Below, one piece after another: positions 36,101 through 47,718 of a stretch of DNA of 64,000 bases. The notes below the pieces were generated by a model. It did not search any database and was not told where the DNA came from. It saw only the letters and a program-made list of their open reading frames with translations. The DNA is from Halocafeteria seosinensis (Eukaryota): the NCBI GenBank assembly GCA_001687465.1, contig LVLI01000158.1, positions 1 through 64,000 of the forward strand, read 5' to 3'. Within the stretch, counting starts at the first letter, position 1. Every line of letters begins with the position of its first letter. The translations under genes were made by a program, and so were the position numbers.

Positions 36101-37758
36101 AAACGTTGACCTAACTGATGTAGGCCATTCTGCATCCGCTACCGATACAATCTTCTGCCGTTCGGTGTTCTCTCGCAGACTCGACTCCCAGAGCATTTTC
36201 TCCTTGTGATCTGTTTGGAGAAGCTGGGAAAAGGATGGAGTGGACATCGTCAGATGGGCCATAGCTCTAGCCTTCAAGAACGATGGCAAATCTGGTAGGT
36301 GCTCCGTAACCGTTTGATCGGGTAGTTCATGTTGTACTGGCATTGCTACTTTGTCAATATCAACATGTACGGCAATTGAATTCATTAGCGCCTCCACTCC
36401 GTACTTGGTTTTCAGGAAATTTGTTGGAGCCCCCATAATAAAAGCACAAGGTGCCTGTGTAGATAAAAAAAAGTGAGACGTTGTTCGAAGGAACGCAAAA
36501 TATAGGTAACGAAGAGGAATATAGAGCATCTAGCGCACTTACTTGAACGTATTCCACCAGTTGTAGAGGTAGCACTGGCACATATACATGTGACCATACA
36601 AAAGGAAACATTAAGGATGTAAGAGCTTCGCACAAAGGGGTGAGTGTCTCCAAATGTTCAGTGTGAAGAAGCACTCGTTGCTCTTGCAGCAAGGCAGCCA
36701 CAATAAGGATAATATTGTGCAAGCTGAGTTTGGATAAGAGTATACGATAGCATTCAGTGTCCACAGTGGGCAAGGCTGAACAAATCAATGACCGACGCAT
36801 TAAGAGCACATGATCATCGAAATTGATCGCCAACCTCATCCCCGTTGAAGGCACCTTGACGAAGTTCATGAAGGCCGCTAAGAGAAGCTCGTTAGAAACG
36901 TACGTTTCAGTGACCTGCGACGTTTTGCTAGTCTGTTGTATTTGCTCTTTGTTTCGTTGTCGCTTGTTAGTCTTCCTTTTTCCCGATTCAGTGGTAGCAG
37001 ATGCTTTCATGACAGTAAAATACTGGACAGTATTTCTGTAAAGGTTTCCGAGGAAACATCGGAAGAGCGAGAAGAACGGCCAAGGTGACAACAGACAGTA
37101 CACTTTCGAGTAGCACCAGTCATCCTGATACGTCAAATCTCCCTTCTGGTGCTGTCCGTGAGACTTATGATGCACTTTTCGCCTTCGTTCATAGCATCGT
37201 AGACAGTGCCCGTACGTCCGGGTCCCGTCCACGTTGGTGAGGACAAACGAGTAAAACTGGATCGACCGAGCCAGTTCCGGGTTTTCCTGGAGGTGCACCA
37301 TTTCCACTCCTTGTGGTAGACAGAACTGCACAGACAAGTAACAATCATTGCATCATCATCGGTAAGCACGTCATCTGGGCAGAAACACCTACCAGAGGGA
37401 CACTTTCAGGCACTTGTCCCACACTTTCATGCAGTCGAAACACTCTGAGAGTCTGCGCATGGACTTCCTTCTCCTCCTCCTTGTGTCCATCTGTCGAATG
37501 CACGTAGGTAGGGACACCAATGATGCAGAAATGGGTCGCTAACGAAGGATAATGCGCCGTCGATGCCTCCTCCTCTTCCTCTTCCCGGGCACTCGCTGCC
37601 ACAGCTCCTTCCTGGGGCGCACCCTCTCCACCAGGAGGGTTAGCCAGTACATCGAGGTCGTCATTTCCTCGTGTAAACGAGTGCGATGAAGAGTATGTCG
37701 TATCCGGTCCTCGTCCTCCCAGAGGAGGAGGAGGAGGAGGAGGTTGTTTGCTGCTCAT
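33188..37758 (-). CDS. DENN-domain protein (Rab GEF) with a long low-complexity C-terminus
   Basis: FCLPQG, FYSFVLTNVDGTRTYGHCL, CLLSPWPFFSLFR, ALLQEQRVLL, FPFVWSHVYVPVLP, APCAFIMG; dDENN FVDMFANLLQGYRDFL; two introns. Confidence 0.9.
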
Positions 37759-38160
37759 ATGTATGCACGCTATTCGGATCTTCCATGCATGCAGTTGCAC
37801 CACACATACAATCCAATCCACGCGTTCGCCGCCGGAATCTAACAAACATGCATGCACCTCGTCTGCATGGACAAAACACAAGAGGGGTTGTATCCTGACG
37901 CGGCCAGGACTTGCCCCCGACTCCCGAAGGTGGACGTTACGGACCAGGACGTACCCACATACACTGTACTTGTACAATTGTACAGTAGTTACAAAGCACA
38001 TACAACTGTAAATATCATCACTCGGATAAGTAAGTTTACTAAAACTGGAAAAGCATTGTATGGATCATAGATTGCGCTTGTTTATGAATTCCGCTTCCTT
38101 GCTAACCATGCTTCCACTGGCCTTCCAGATCCAGACACACACATCCACTGGTACTATCGC

Positions 38161-38222
38161 TAATTAATATACGTTTATATTTTTGTTAAATTATTAAATT
38201 CATTAAAAATTCGCGGGCGTTA
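38161..38222 (+). repeat. AT-rich 62-bp element, inverted copy at 60981-61042
   Basis: 57/62 identical to the reverse complement of 60981-61042 by manual alignment. Confidence 0.9.
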
Positions 38223-38369
38223 GAAGTATTTGAGTGTTCAAATCGTTATGTTCACCCTTACCAGTTTCCGAAAATATCGGCTACTCAACTCAAATGCTTC
38301 CGGAATTTTCGAACGGAGTAGTACTCATTGGTGAGTGAACTTAGACAATTTAGTAATAAACTGCTACTG

Positions 38370-38520
38370 TATGGTATTTCATGAAATAGTGACGGAAGTG
38401 TAATATTTAGTTTCTTTTCTGTGCCCTGATGCATGAAAAGGGGGTCTGTACTATCATTGGACTTTTGATGAGGATCTTCGACTGTTTTAGTTCTCCTTAC
38501 ACAAATGCTCAAAGGCTACA
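38370..38520. repeat. Degenerate direct copy of the 3' end and flank of the ATPase pseudogene (61104-61296)
   Basis: Shared ctgtgccctgat(g/a)catgaaaagg(g/a)gtct(g/c)tactatcattgga and tcttcgactg..agtt..tacaca..gctcaaag. Confidence 0.8.
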
Positions 38521-38803
38521 TTTCTTTTACTGTACAACTGCTTGTACAGTTCAAGTCGTACTGTACGTACTACAGCCAGTAATTGACGTCAAAGCGAGCC
38601 ATGACGAGCATGCTGTATAAAGTGAACTATAGAAAATTTGTCTCATCCATACTGGATTGGGTGTGTGTAGTCTATGCCAGCTACACTGTACACACACGAT
38701 CTCGTTGTTAAAGCAAGTGGTAGGATACCAATTTTGTGAATCCATGCTAGGGCTCTTTACATGGCTCGTCAGTGAGTCGTCAGTGAGCTATTCGTTGTAT
38801 GAT

Positions 38804-40492
38804 TCATGTCGGTAGATTCTCCAATGAGACTAAACTCGACATATTCAGAAATGCAGTACCTGTTATAGTGGGCTGATCACAACCAGATAAGACCAACGAT
38901 GTTAAATTACATAAACGCTGAAAGGCAGAATCTGTAATCGTCAACTGACTGCAATAGCTCATATCCAGACGCAGCAACGATGAAACATGCTGAAAAGCAG
39001 AATCCGTAATGGTTGATTGGTCGCACTTGGGCATCTTCAGTGACAATAGGTTAGACAGATGCGAAAAAGCACAGTCCGTGATCGTCGTTTGATCGCAACC
39101 ACCCATATCTAAAACTGTCAAGCAGCGGAGATGCTGAAACGCCCCATCCGTAATCGTCGACTGGTTGCACCCATGCATTTCTAGAAAGGTTAAATTTGAT
39201 AGGTACTGAAACGCCCGGTCCGTTATAGCTGATTGGGAACAATTATTCATCTTCAACGACACCAACTGGGGTAAGTGCTGATACGCAGAATCCGTAATTG
39301 TAGACTGTTTGCAACGGTTCATACTGAGCGATGTCAAGTTTGAAAAGTGTTGAAAGGCAGAATCCGTTAAGGTCAACTGTTGGCAATTACTGATAACCAG
39401 ACTTTGCAAAGTAGATAAATATGAAAATGCGGCATCCGTAATGGTCGACTGATAACAAAGCTGCATCTGTAGCCACCTTATGTTGGACAAATGTCGAAAA
39501 CCAAGATCCGTAATTGTTGACTGATTGCATGCAGCCATGCTCAACGCCGTCAACTTTGGTAAATGTTGAAAGGCAGAATTTGAGATGGTGGATTGAGAGC
39601 AGAAGCTCACATCCAGTGACTTCAAGTTGGGCATATGGCGAAAGGCAGAGTCTGTAAGAGTTGATTGGTTACAACCATCCATCGTTAACGATGCCAAATT
39701 GGATAAGGACTTAAAGGCGAAGTCCGTTATGGTTGATTGATTGCAGTTACTTATTTGCAGCCGCGTCAATTTCGACAAGTGATGAAATGCATTTCCAGTA
39801 ATTGTCTGGTGATTAGAGTGATTAATACTCAACGAGGACAGATTAACCAGATGTACGAATGCCGAGTCCGTAATTCTCATTCGATGGCAGCGCCACAAGC
39901 TCAACAAGCTCAAATTGGAGAGATGTTGAAAGGCAGAGTCCGTTATGCTAGACTGATTGGATTTCCGCATGGTTAGCGACTTCAAATTAACCAAATGTTG
40001 GAAAGCAGCATCCGAAATCTTCAACTGATTACAAGCAGTAATGTCCAGGACTTCCAGGTTATGCAAATGTTGGAAGCCAGAGTCCGTAATGGAGGTGCAC
40101 TCAATCATCTCCAAAGAGTTCAAACAGGACAAATGTTGGAAGCCATTATCAGTGAGCCGCGAGCAGGTTTCCAAGGCGACTGAATCGACCAAGGGCGGCA
40201 GGTTACTAAGATCTTCATCCGAGATCATAGTAGTCAGTACTATCCTTCCTTCAAACTTCGGAAACAACCGCCGAAAAGCTTGTAGAGTCATTGTAGACGG
40301 TGAGATAAATCTCTGCTGGTACTGCCGCCATGAAAGAAGATAAATCCAGCCGCAGTCAGCATCTTTGATATCGCCTGCCTCTACTAGGCTCCAATACTCT
40401 ACTGTGCCCTTTAAATGGTTCCAGGGCTTGCCCTTATTGCTTTGATGGTGTTGAAGCCACGTCTCCAGATACACTCGAAGTACCGACGACAT
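38804..40492 (-). CDS. Cys-containing leucine-rich repeat protein (~19 repeats, mostly 24 aa)
   Basis: Repeat consensus LxxLxMxxCxQSTITDSAFQHLxN; intronless 562-aa ORF. Confidence 0.92.
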   Translation of the reverse strand: MSSVLRVYLETWLQHHQSNKGKPWNHLKGTVEYWSLVEAGDIKDADCGWIYLLSWRQYQQRFISPSTMTLQAFRRLFPKFEGRIVLTTMISDEDLSNLPPLVDSVALETCSRLTDNGFQHLSCLNSLEMIECTSITDSGFQHLHNLEVLDITACNQLKISDAAFQHLVNLKSLTMRKSNQSSITDSAFQHLSNLSLLSLWRCHRMRITDSAFVHLVNLSSLSINHSNHQTITGNAFHHLSKLTRLQISNCNQSTITDFAFKSLSNLASLTMDGCNQSTLTDSAFRHMPNLKSLDVSFCSQSTISNSAFQHLPKLTALSMAACNQSTITDLGFRHLSNIRWLQMQLCYQSTITDAAFSYLSTLQSLVISNCQQLTLTDSAFQHFSNLTSLSMNRCKQSTITDSAYQHLPQLVSLKMNNCSQSAITDRAFQYLSNLTFLEMHGCNQSTITDGAFQHLRCLTVLDMGGCDQTTITDCAFSHLSNLLSLKMPKCDQSTITDSAFQHVSSLLRLDMSYCSQLTITDSAFQRLCNLTSLVLSGCDQPTITGTAFLNMSSLVSLENLPT

Positions 40493-41149
40493 TCGCTTTT
40501 CCTACCCACCCACCCAAACTGGCGATTCTTCGACACGAACAAGGAATTAAACCAAAGTAGCTTTGGATATGCGGTGACTGGGTCTAGCACCCCTCCGATT
40601 ACACTGCAACCTCAGTGTGCACTGTTGTTACAACAGCAACTTGTACTCGCCCAATTCCAGTCCGCTGCTTTTACTGCAGTAGAGGAATGGGACAATTCTC
40701 GCTTCCTTTGTTTCTTTCTGTGCCCACTACTCGAGAGGGAACCCAAGAGGTAGCTACTGTAGTTGGTCAGTGGGGGTCTTGATTGTACCACAGACGAGTT
40801 GGTTGGTTGATGCAACTCAACTTGGTGGTCGTGGTCCACCACTGCTGGGTTCAATACAATACTGTATGTACTGGACTTCGAGCACGGCAAACTACTTTCC
40901 TGAGATATCTATCCCTGCGCACACGGCACGAATAAAATCCAACGAACGCCCCGTAGTGCACACCATTCATTCCATTCAGTTCAGTTCTTACGCCAGAGGA
41001 CGATACTTCACAAGTTGAATCACAACCTGTTTCCGTTGATTAGTGTAACTAAATAGTGTTGATGCCACTGGAGGAGGGTACCTACCTGTATGCTTCTCCC
41101 CCCTACTGGCAGCAGTAGTTGGTGTCTCGAAGTGGAAGTGAGCCGAGCC

Positions 41150-42660
41150 ATGAGCCTTCTGTATGGAGGAGTGGAAGGGTACGTAAGTATGTGGTCTCCA
41201 TGATATGATATCATGGAGGGTGGGATTTCTTGCTTGCATACAGAGGAGCTTCGCGGACGACGGCGGTCATCCTCGATGAACAAGGTAATGAGCGAGGGCG
41301 CTCTGAGACCTCTGGATCAAATCCATGGGTGAGTGAGTGAGTGAGGAGAATACAAGTACACGTACATACAGTGGACATGGTGTACTACGCTCTCGAAGCG
41401 CAGATTAATGGCATAAAAGCAACCGGGGATTTGCTTTTGGAAATCCTGCATGACGCTAAGAAGCAGGCTCAGATCCCCTTGGATCAGCCTCTGGAAGCAC
41501 TGGTACGTGAGAATAGGCCGTAGGTCTAGTCTCATCCACGGGCTTTACAACGATATTAACATGCAGGGGCTTTCTATGAGTGGAATGCAACAAGCGGCGA
41601 ATCAGCGTGAAATGATGACGTATTTAAATGACTATGACCGGAATTTGGCCAAAGAAATGGCTTTCTATAATGACGCCGTTGGCAGTATTTATACGGCTTC
41701 AGATAGAGGAGGAATGGTGATTATTAGCGGGACAGGAAGTATGGCGGAAGTATTTGATAACCAAGGGAAATCGCATCGTTGTGGTGGTTGGGGGCACATG
41801 ATTGGAGATGGTACGTGCCATTAAGCAACCCGGATATGATGTTTTCGACTTACTCTCAACAACGGCTCGACTCTTGCAGAAGGAGGCGCCTACTACATAG
41901 CATCGAAACTGATACGTGCTACATTTCGTGCACGGGACAAGAACACCGCAAGAAAGCCTGATCAGCGAATCATGGATTATAAGGTGGCCGAAAGGATTAT
42001 TCTTGAGCATTTCAATGTAGGTTGATTCGCGGCAACTTTGCTCTCGCGACGTATGCACTCCATTGCTCTCGTATACAGATAGAAACGTTGGGTGAGATTT
42101 TGACGTATTTTCATCGCGATTTCGACAAAGCAAGGATTGCATCCCTTACCAAAAAGATTGCGGAAGGTAAGCGGCACCACGCTTTTGGATGAATGTTGGA
42201 TTTCCAGCACACTGTTTTTACCTTGTGTCCGTCCTTGGTGCCTGCAGCTGCGAGAAGTGGTGATGAGTTATGCAGGCATGTTTTCACCGCGGCAGGAGAG
42301 CATTTGGGGGCAATGGCTCGTACTTTAGCTCCTCATCTATCGAGTACAAGTGGGGAACCCCGGAAAGGGCATATGTCCATTAAGGATGTTCCCATAATCT
42401 GTGTAGGATCTGTTTGGAAAAGCGTAGATTTATTTTGGGACGACTTTTTACGAGCTGCTACAAGCACTGGCTATGGAGACGGAGGGAACGACACCAGTAT
42501 CTCATGGAATATACGCTCCTTGAAGTTGCTTCGTTTGGAAGATACAGCAGCCATTGGTGCTGCTTGGAAGGCAGCAGCTGATGCTACCGGGACTGGTATC
42601 AACCTAGACAAAACACCCTTTGTCGAGGAAATAAAGACGTATGACGCAGGAAACCCGTGA
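41150..42660 (+). CDS. NAGK: N-acetyl-D-glucosamine kinase (BadF/BcrA family), multi-exon
   Basis: MSLLYGGVEG; GLSMSG; NDAVGSIYTASDRGGMVIISGTGS; CGGWGHMIGD; FTAAGEHLG; IICVGSVWKS; AAIGAA. Confidence 0.92.
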
Positions 42661-42834
42661 TCATTCTACTTCTCGACGTGGTGCAAACAACTACCTTGGT
42701 AGTAGTGTCTGTTCGATGCCTTAAATGATAGAGCACAACACTGACTTTGCTGGTCGTAAATGGCAATATACAAACTGTATCCGTCCCACTTGTATTTACC
42801 GCCCGTATGTCGTGATGATCCTTGATACCGAAGC

Positions 42835-43470
42835 CTAGCAGCACCAAGGGATAAAATGCATTGCCATAAAGGGTCCCAAAAACATGATAAATATGATAGG
42901 GGGTGTGAGAAATCCGTACACGGGCCACAGCGCAAACATGAGCGATAGAAAAGCCACTACCGCCGATGCAGTTGCCACTGGTATTACATTGGGACAGTAT
43001 ACTTCCCACTGTAACCTAATGCGCTTAATGTAGGGCAAGTAAATCGAGAGGTACATAAAGCAGCCAATATCCACTCCAATGGCTGCCATCGCCAAATACA
43101 CCCACCATCTGCATCAAGTATCGTATAGGAGCTGATGATGGACAACAATAATTGCGCCATGGAAATGAACGCACCGATTGCTCTCTTCGCCATGGGTGTC
43201 GAGAAACAGTATCTGGAAGACCTGGGTATATTTCGTGAGCACCACAAACAAGGACACCCATATCGCCGCGTGCACTTTCTCCGTCAGAGTGGATACGATC
43301 CTCCGTCTCCTCTGTTGAGGTGTCTCCTCTGTATTATGTCCTCCTTGGTGGCGGCGAAGTTGGGCTTTGGCGGCCCTATCCAGCGTACGATTGCGCAGCA
43401 ATAAAGGCTCTCCCTCCTCATTCACAGCACTCTCTTCCCCATGGTGGAGATGGGATTCCTCTGCTGCCAT
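42835..43470 (-). CDS. TMEM128: Transmembrane protein 128-like
   Basis: EKVHAAIWV...; YLSIYLPYI...WEVYCPNVIPVAT...ALWPVYGFLTPPIIFIMFLG; one intron near 43178-43108. Confidence 0.75.
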
Positions 43471-43710
43471 TGTAGGGTAAGGTAAGTATACTCTGTATTA
43501 GTTGTACCTCCTACAACTATGGTATATGATACAAATAGCAAGTGGTGATGGTGTACAACACGACCGTATATCAACAACTCAAATACATGCCACAAAGTGG
43601 TGCCAGTGCGAGTTTCCATACCAGGAAACCTTTTAATTGTATTCCATGTGTGTATAATAATTTCTCTAGGAGGGAGCCCTGCCGTGCAATGCACGGAGTG
43701 TACGACAAGC

Positions 43711-44227
43711 TTAAGTTACCGTCCACTGCATGCACCAATGTTGTACAGCTCCCACGAAGACAGGAGGGAGGTGGTCTATAATGGCACACTTACCCTCATT
43801 GTATCGCCTTTTTCACTCGGCCATTGAGCTCCTCTATCCCCTTGTTGAGCTCCGGGTTTCTGTACAAGCATCAAACACACAATTCCAACACACTGACTGA
43901 GTGTAGCAAGGTACCAATGACGGTTCAGTAATGCAATAACGTACCGTCTTTGTGGGTGCACGCACAGGCTGTGCTCGCTTTTCAGCAGCCTGGAGTTGTA
44001 ATTGCCTCTGTATCAACATGTCATGCTTACACCATAGGTGGTGACTTTCTTGGTATTGCCCCCGAATCCATGGAATCCTACCTTTCTTTCGCGTTCCTCT
44101 TCCGTGAGCGGTACTGTAATCGCAAGTACAAAGAGCAATGGCATCTCTTGTATACACGAACGGGGTTGGTTTCGCCACACGTACCTTGATTGTTAGCTGT
44201 CTGGGATTTCGAGCAGCAGGAGCCCAT
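43711..44227 (-). CDS. SVIP: Small VCP/p97-interacting protein, 5 exons, 72 aa
   Basis: Exons 44227-44185, 44113-44082, 44007-43945, 43859-43794 and 43725-43711 splice in frame to MGSCC...EEERERKRQLQLQAAEKR...GDTMRWTVT*. Confidence 0.85.
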
Positions 44228-45841
44228 CCTTGGTTCCACGCGTGGTGGTGTACTGTACAACCTTAAAGAAAGCAATGCTATCGGTCGCGCTAACAGGGAT
44301 GCGCCATCGCCTGTACCAAAGAGGAGAGTCTATCACCTGTCTGCGTGCCACTCCAATTTATAACTCTGCATACCAAACCAAACAACCCAACCGGTCCCGC
44401 AGTACTGAGGTGAGTCATCCCTCATACCCCAAAAGAATCTGAAAGGAACAGGGAAAACGGGGCGAAGACAACACAACAGTTACTCGCGCAAACGCCAAGA
44501 AACTATCAAGGAAACGAAACGGGATAATAAAACCGAGAGGAGAGGAAGTGCTCTACGAGATCAGTCTAGCGACGACCGTCGGATCCAACTTGGTTACCCA
44601 AGAGAAAGATGATGATACGGGAGGCCCTCAGTGCCAGGATCAGAAATCGGATGCATCCGTTTCTGCTACAAACCATGAAATTCTTCGGTTCGGTGGTGCA
44701 ATGCCGGTACACCTAATTCGATGTTCAACTGGCTACACACTGCTAGACTGTACGGTGTGTACTGTATTAAGTATTGCTGCTACCGGACGACGTGTAGTCT
44801 ACGGTGCCCGTACCGGTATGTGTTTATTAACTTGTCAATTGAGTTCCTGTTTCCTGTGGAACATTGGCATGTCAATGTACATGAACGTATGATACGTTAC
44901 GTATCAGGTACCACAAACATATGTTTAGAGAGGCTATGTCTACAGTTAACGTTATACAGTATCCAGTAGTCGATTCCTTAGTGTTGCTGGGAAGGGTAAC
45001 AAGATGAGAAGAAAACACGCAAAGTGCCCGGCAAACGAAAAAGGTGGCGGCACGGTGGTAGGTAGCACACTCAGACACTAACCACAGGCTGGTCCACAGC
45101 CTGTCACAGGTACCGTATTCAATACAGTAAACTGCCAATAGTATTCTGGGATTCTAGTCTCAGCCATGGGTAGCTCAGGCTGCTTAGCAGCTCCTACTGT
45201 ATCCATATCAGTGATCACAGCTGGTACAAGTATCTTAAAGACTCACTTCCCACTCCACACATTCCAGCACTCGCGAAAAGGAGGGTAATGAGTCAACCAC
45301 ACTGTGTCTGCTACCAATTGTAATGACTCTTTGAAAGCTCAATACATGTCTTTCTCAAGGCTGCAATATAACCTCCAGTACAATTGCACTGTTCTTGATC
45401 TGCAAAAGTCCTTCATGATCAAGGCTTCATCGAGTACCCAGAAGATCCTGGAAGTTCAGGCTGGAACCCAATGCTACAGGGAGGATCGCACCATGCGATT
45501 CGCACGTGCGACTCCGGCTGGAGGCCAAAAGAATTCAAAGGTTTGTGGTGTTTGATACGCTACATGTGTCTTCGTCTAACGTGAACGACAAAAACCTTTT
45601 CGCGTTTTAGTCATCATTGTCTCAAAGAGTCTACTACTGGTACTAGTGCTGCTGCTGCTGGTATACGAGTGGGGAGGTGCAAGTTCTGAGTCAGCGTCGG
45701 ATACAACAAAGAGCGCATTCCAAGGGGGATCTCCGGGGGACGTCGACCGTGAGTCACATGTTCTGAAGCCTCTTTCGTGGATATCGGACGAAAGAAGCAA
45801 AAGTGGGCAGTCAAACGAGCAAGCGAGTCCAGTCTGTGGAA

Positions 45842-46798
45842 ATGAAGCAAGAAACATTTACCACGGGCCAAACGATGGAGTCCATACTAGGCAAACGAGA
45901 GCATGCTGGTGCCGGAGCTGACGAACACGCAGAATACAACTCCGGTGAAGAAACCAAACTAACGGCTGCTGCTGGACAGTCTGTCGTTCCCCAGCAGTAC
46001 GACATTGTGTCCTCCTTCTTGCAGGACCAGTCCTCCATCAACGATGATAACGTGCAGCAGGCACCACTTGTGCCTCCCCAACCGCAGGAGGCGAATGCCA
46101 ACTGGCAAGATACCACCAGCTCCATCTACTCGGACACATTCAAACACCACACTGACACCAGTGACAGTGTGGGTGCATTGGAAGAGGTAAAGAGTGGGAA
46201 TGCATCTTCCACGACTTCGAGGTCCACCATCCAAAGACCTCAACGAAAAACGCGTCGGAAAACCCAGCAGCAGCAGCAGCACTACTACTCTATCGAAGCT
46301 GAAGAAGCTCGACAGCAAACATCTGGAAGAAACCGCACCAAGAGTAAAAAGGAGACGTCGGCACAACTACAAAAACGGCTATCACATGAAGAATTAGAGA
46401 GGATTGCTGCGGGTGAAGGCCCAGAAGCAAGGAAAGCTGCCAGGCAACTTCGCAATCGAATGAGCGCAGCAGAAAGTCGGCGGAAGAAAGAGAAAGAAAT
46501 CGAGGATCTGAAGAAGAAAGCGAGCGAATTGGAAGCCATGTTGGCACAGAAAGATAAACAGTTGGAATACAAAGATCAGCTTATTCAACAGCTAAGGGGC
46601 TCGATGAAATCACCTTCTGCTACGAGGAGCACCGGATCGACTACTGAAATGCACCAGCAACAAAGCCAGTCAAATTTTTACCAGTGGATGAGCATGCCCT
46701 CAGCGAACCCGGCCGTGGTTCCTGTAGTGCATTCCGAGACTACCTGTACTCGTGCACTCCTGACTTTGTCACAGCAGGGAAAACTCCGTACTTTATGA
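45842..46798 (+). CDS. bZIP transcription factor, XBP1/HAC1/bZIP60-like; the 3' structure may extend to the acidic ORF ending at 47562
   Basis: Basic region RKAARQLRNRMSAAESRRKKEKEIEDL plus leucine zipper; downstream open frame 47116-47562 is acidic and Ser-rich. Confidence 0.85.
   Translation: MKQETFTTGQTMESILGKREHAGAGADEHAEYNSGEETKLTAAAGQSVVPQQYDIVSSFLQDQSSINDDNVQQAPLVPPQPQEANANWQDTTSSIYSDTFKHHTDTSDSVGALEEVKSGNASSTTSRSTIQRPQRKTRRKTQQQQQHYYSIEAEEARQQTSGRNRTKSKKETSAQLQKRLSHEELERIAAGEGPEARKAARQLRNRMSAAESRRKKEKEIEDLKKKASELEAMLAQKDKQLEYKDQLIQQLRGSMKSPSATRSTGSTTEMHQQQSQSNFYQWMSMPSANPAVVPVVHSETTCTRALLTLSQQGKLRTL
46701..46724 (+). promoter_or_regulatory. Candidate IRE1 cleavage hairpin (CNG^CNGN loop)
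   Basis: CAG(C)GAACC-CGG^CCGT-GGTTC-CTG: 7-nt loop on a 5+3 bp stem, encoding N-P-A-V after the bZIP. Confidence 0.55.
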
Positions 46799-47718
46799 AT
46801 CGTTGGCCCTTCGTCTTAAATTCCGCATGTTCTGTAATTTATTTGTACGTTGTCTGGAGAGGCTGTCTTGGTGGGGAAAGTGTCATTAGGTTAACTTTTA
46901 TTTATTATAGCGTGTATTATATAGCCTACCGTGTTTCCCTTGATACTTTGGCAGCTCTCCTGTAGTCTTTATATCGTCTCTTCTTGTTTTAACGTGCGGT
47001 TCTTTGTATTATTGTTTGTGGGTCATCAATTCTTAGTCGTGTGCGGTGGTTTTCCGGAGTGCAGCTGCGTCAGTGGAACAAGCGGTTACTACTGAGGGTT
47101 CATTTTGTATTATAGCGACTCCCTCTATGTGGCAGTGAGTTTCGTGCTGGCGTAGCTAGAGACAGGTGGTATCAGCACTATCCTACCGGTTTTGCTACCG
47201 GTGGAGGCGTGTCACACTCTATTTCTGATGACTGGCAGCCAGATCCTCGCAATCTAGATGTTGACCAGTCGATCCCCACTACCGAAAGTTTTGCGGATGT
47301 GAACAGTGGTGCCTGGCACTCTCCTTTCGTTTCCTCAACGATGGGCACTGATAGTGGAATCCCAGAGTTCACGGGTAGTTGTGCTGGCTTAGGTTTTCCC
47401 CTCGATCATGGACTGCAGACGTCCTCTTCCTTGGCAGCCAACACGGATGTGACAGAGTTCGATGGCATATCTATGGAGCATGCATCCGAAAGCAAAGAGC
47501 AGCCATTGCAAGACTTCCTTTCAACCAGTTTTCCGGAACAACGCCCAACTTTCTTCCAGTAACTACTTGTGTCTTTAAAAAAAAGTGGTAGAGTGCCCTA
47601 CCATGTGTAATGTGCATGTCTTTCGATTTGTTCAGTCATTCAGCATTTAATAGTCACATGAATTCCTGTGGTTGATATGTAGCCAATACAGTTTTGCCGC
47701 TTCTGTCTGAAGATTGTG

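Noticed and set aside
45842..47562. Aureochrome (bZIP-LOV)
   Set aside because: No LOV GRNCRFLQ motif in the downstream frames I examined.
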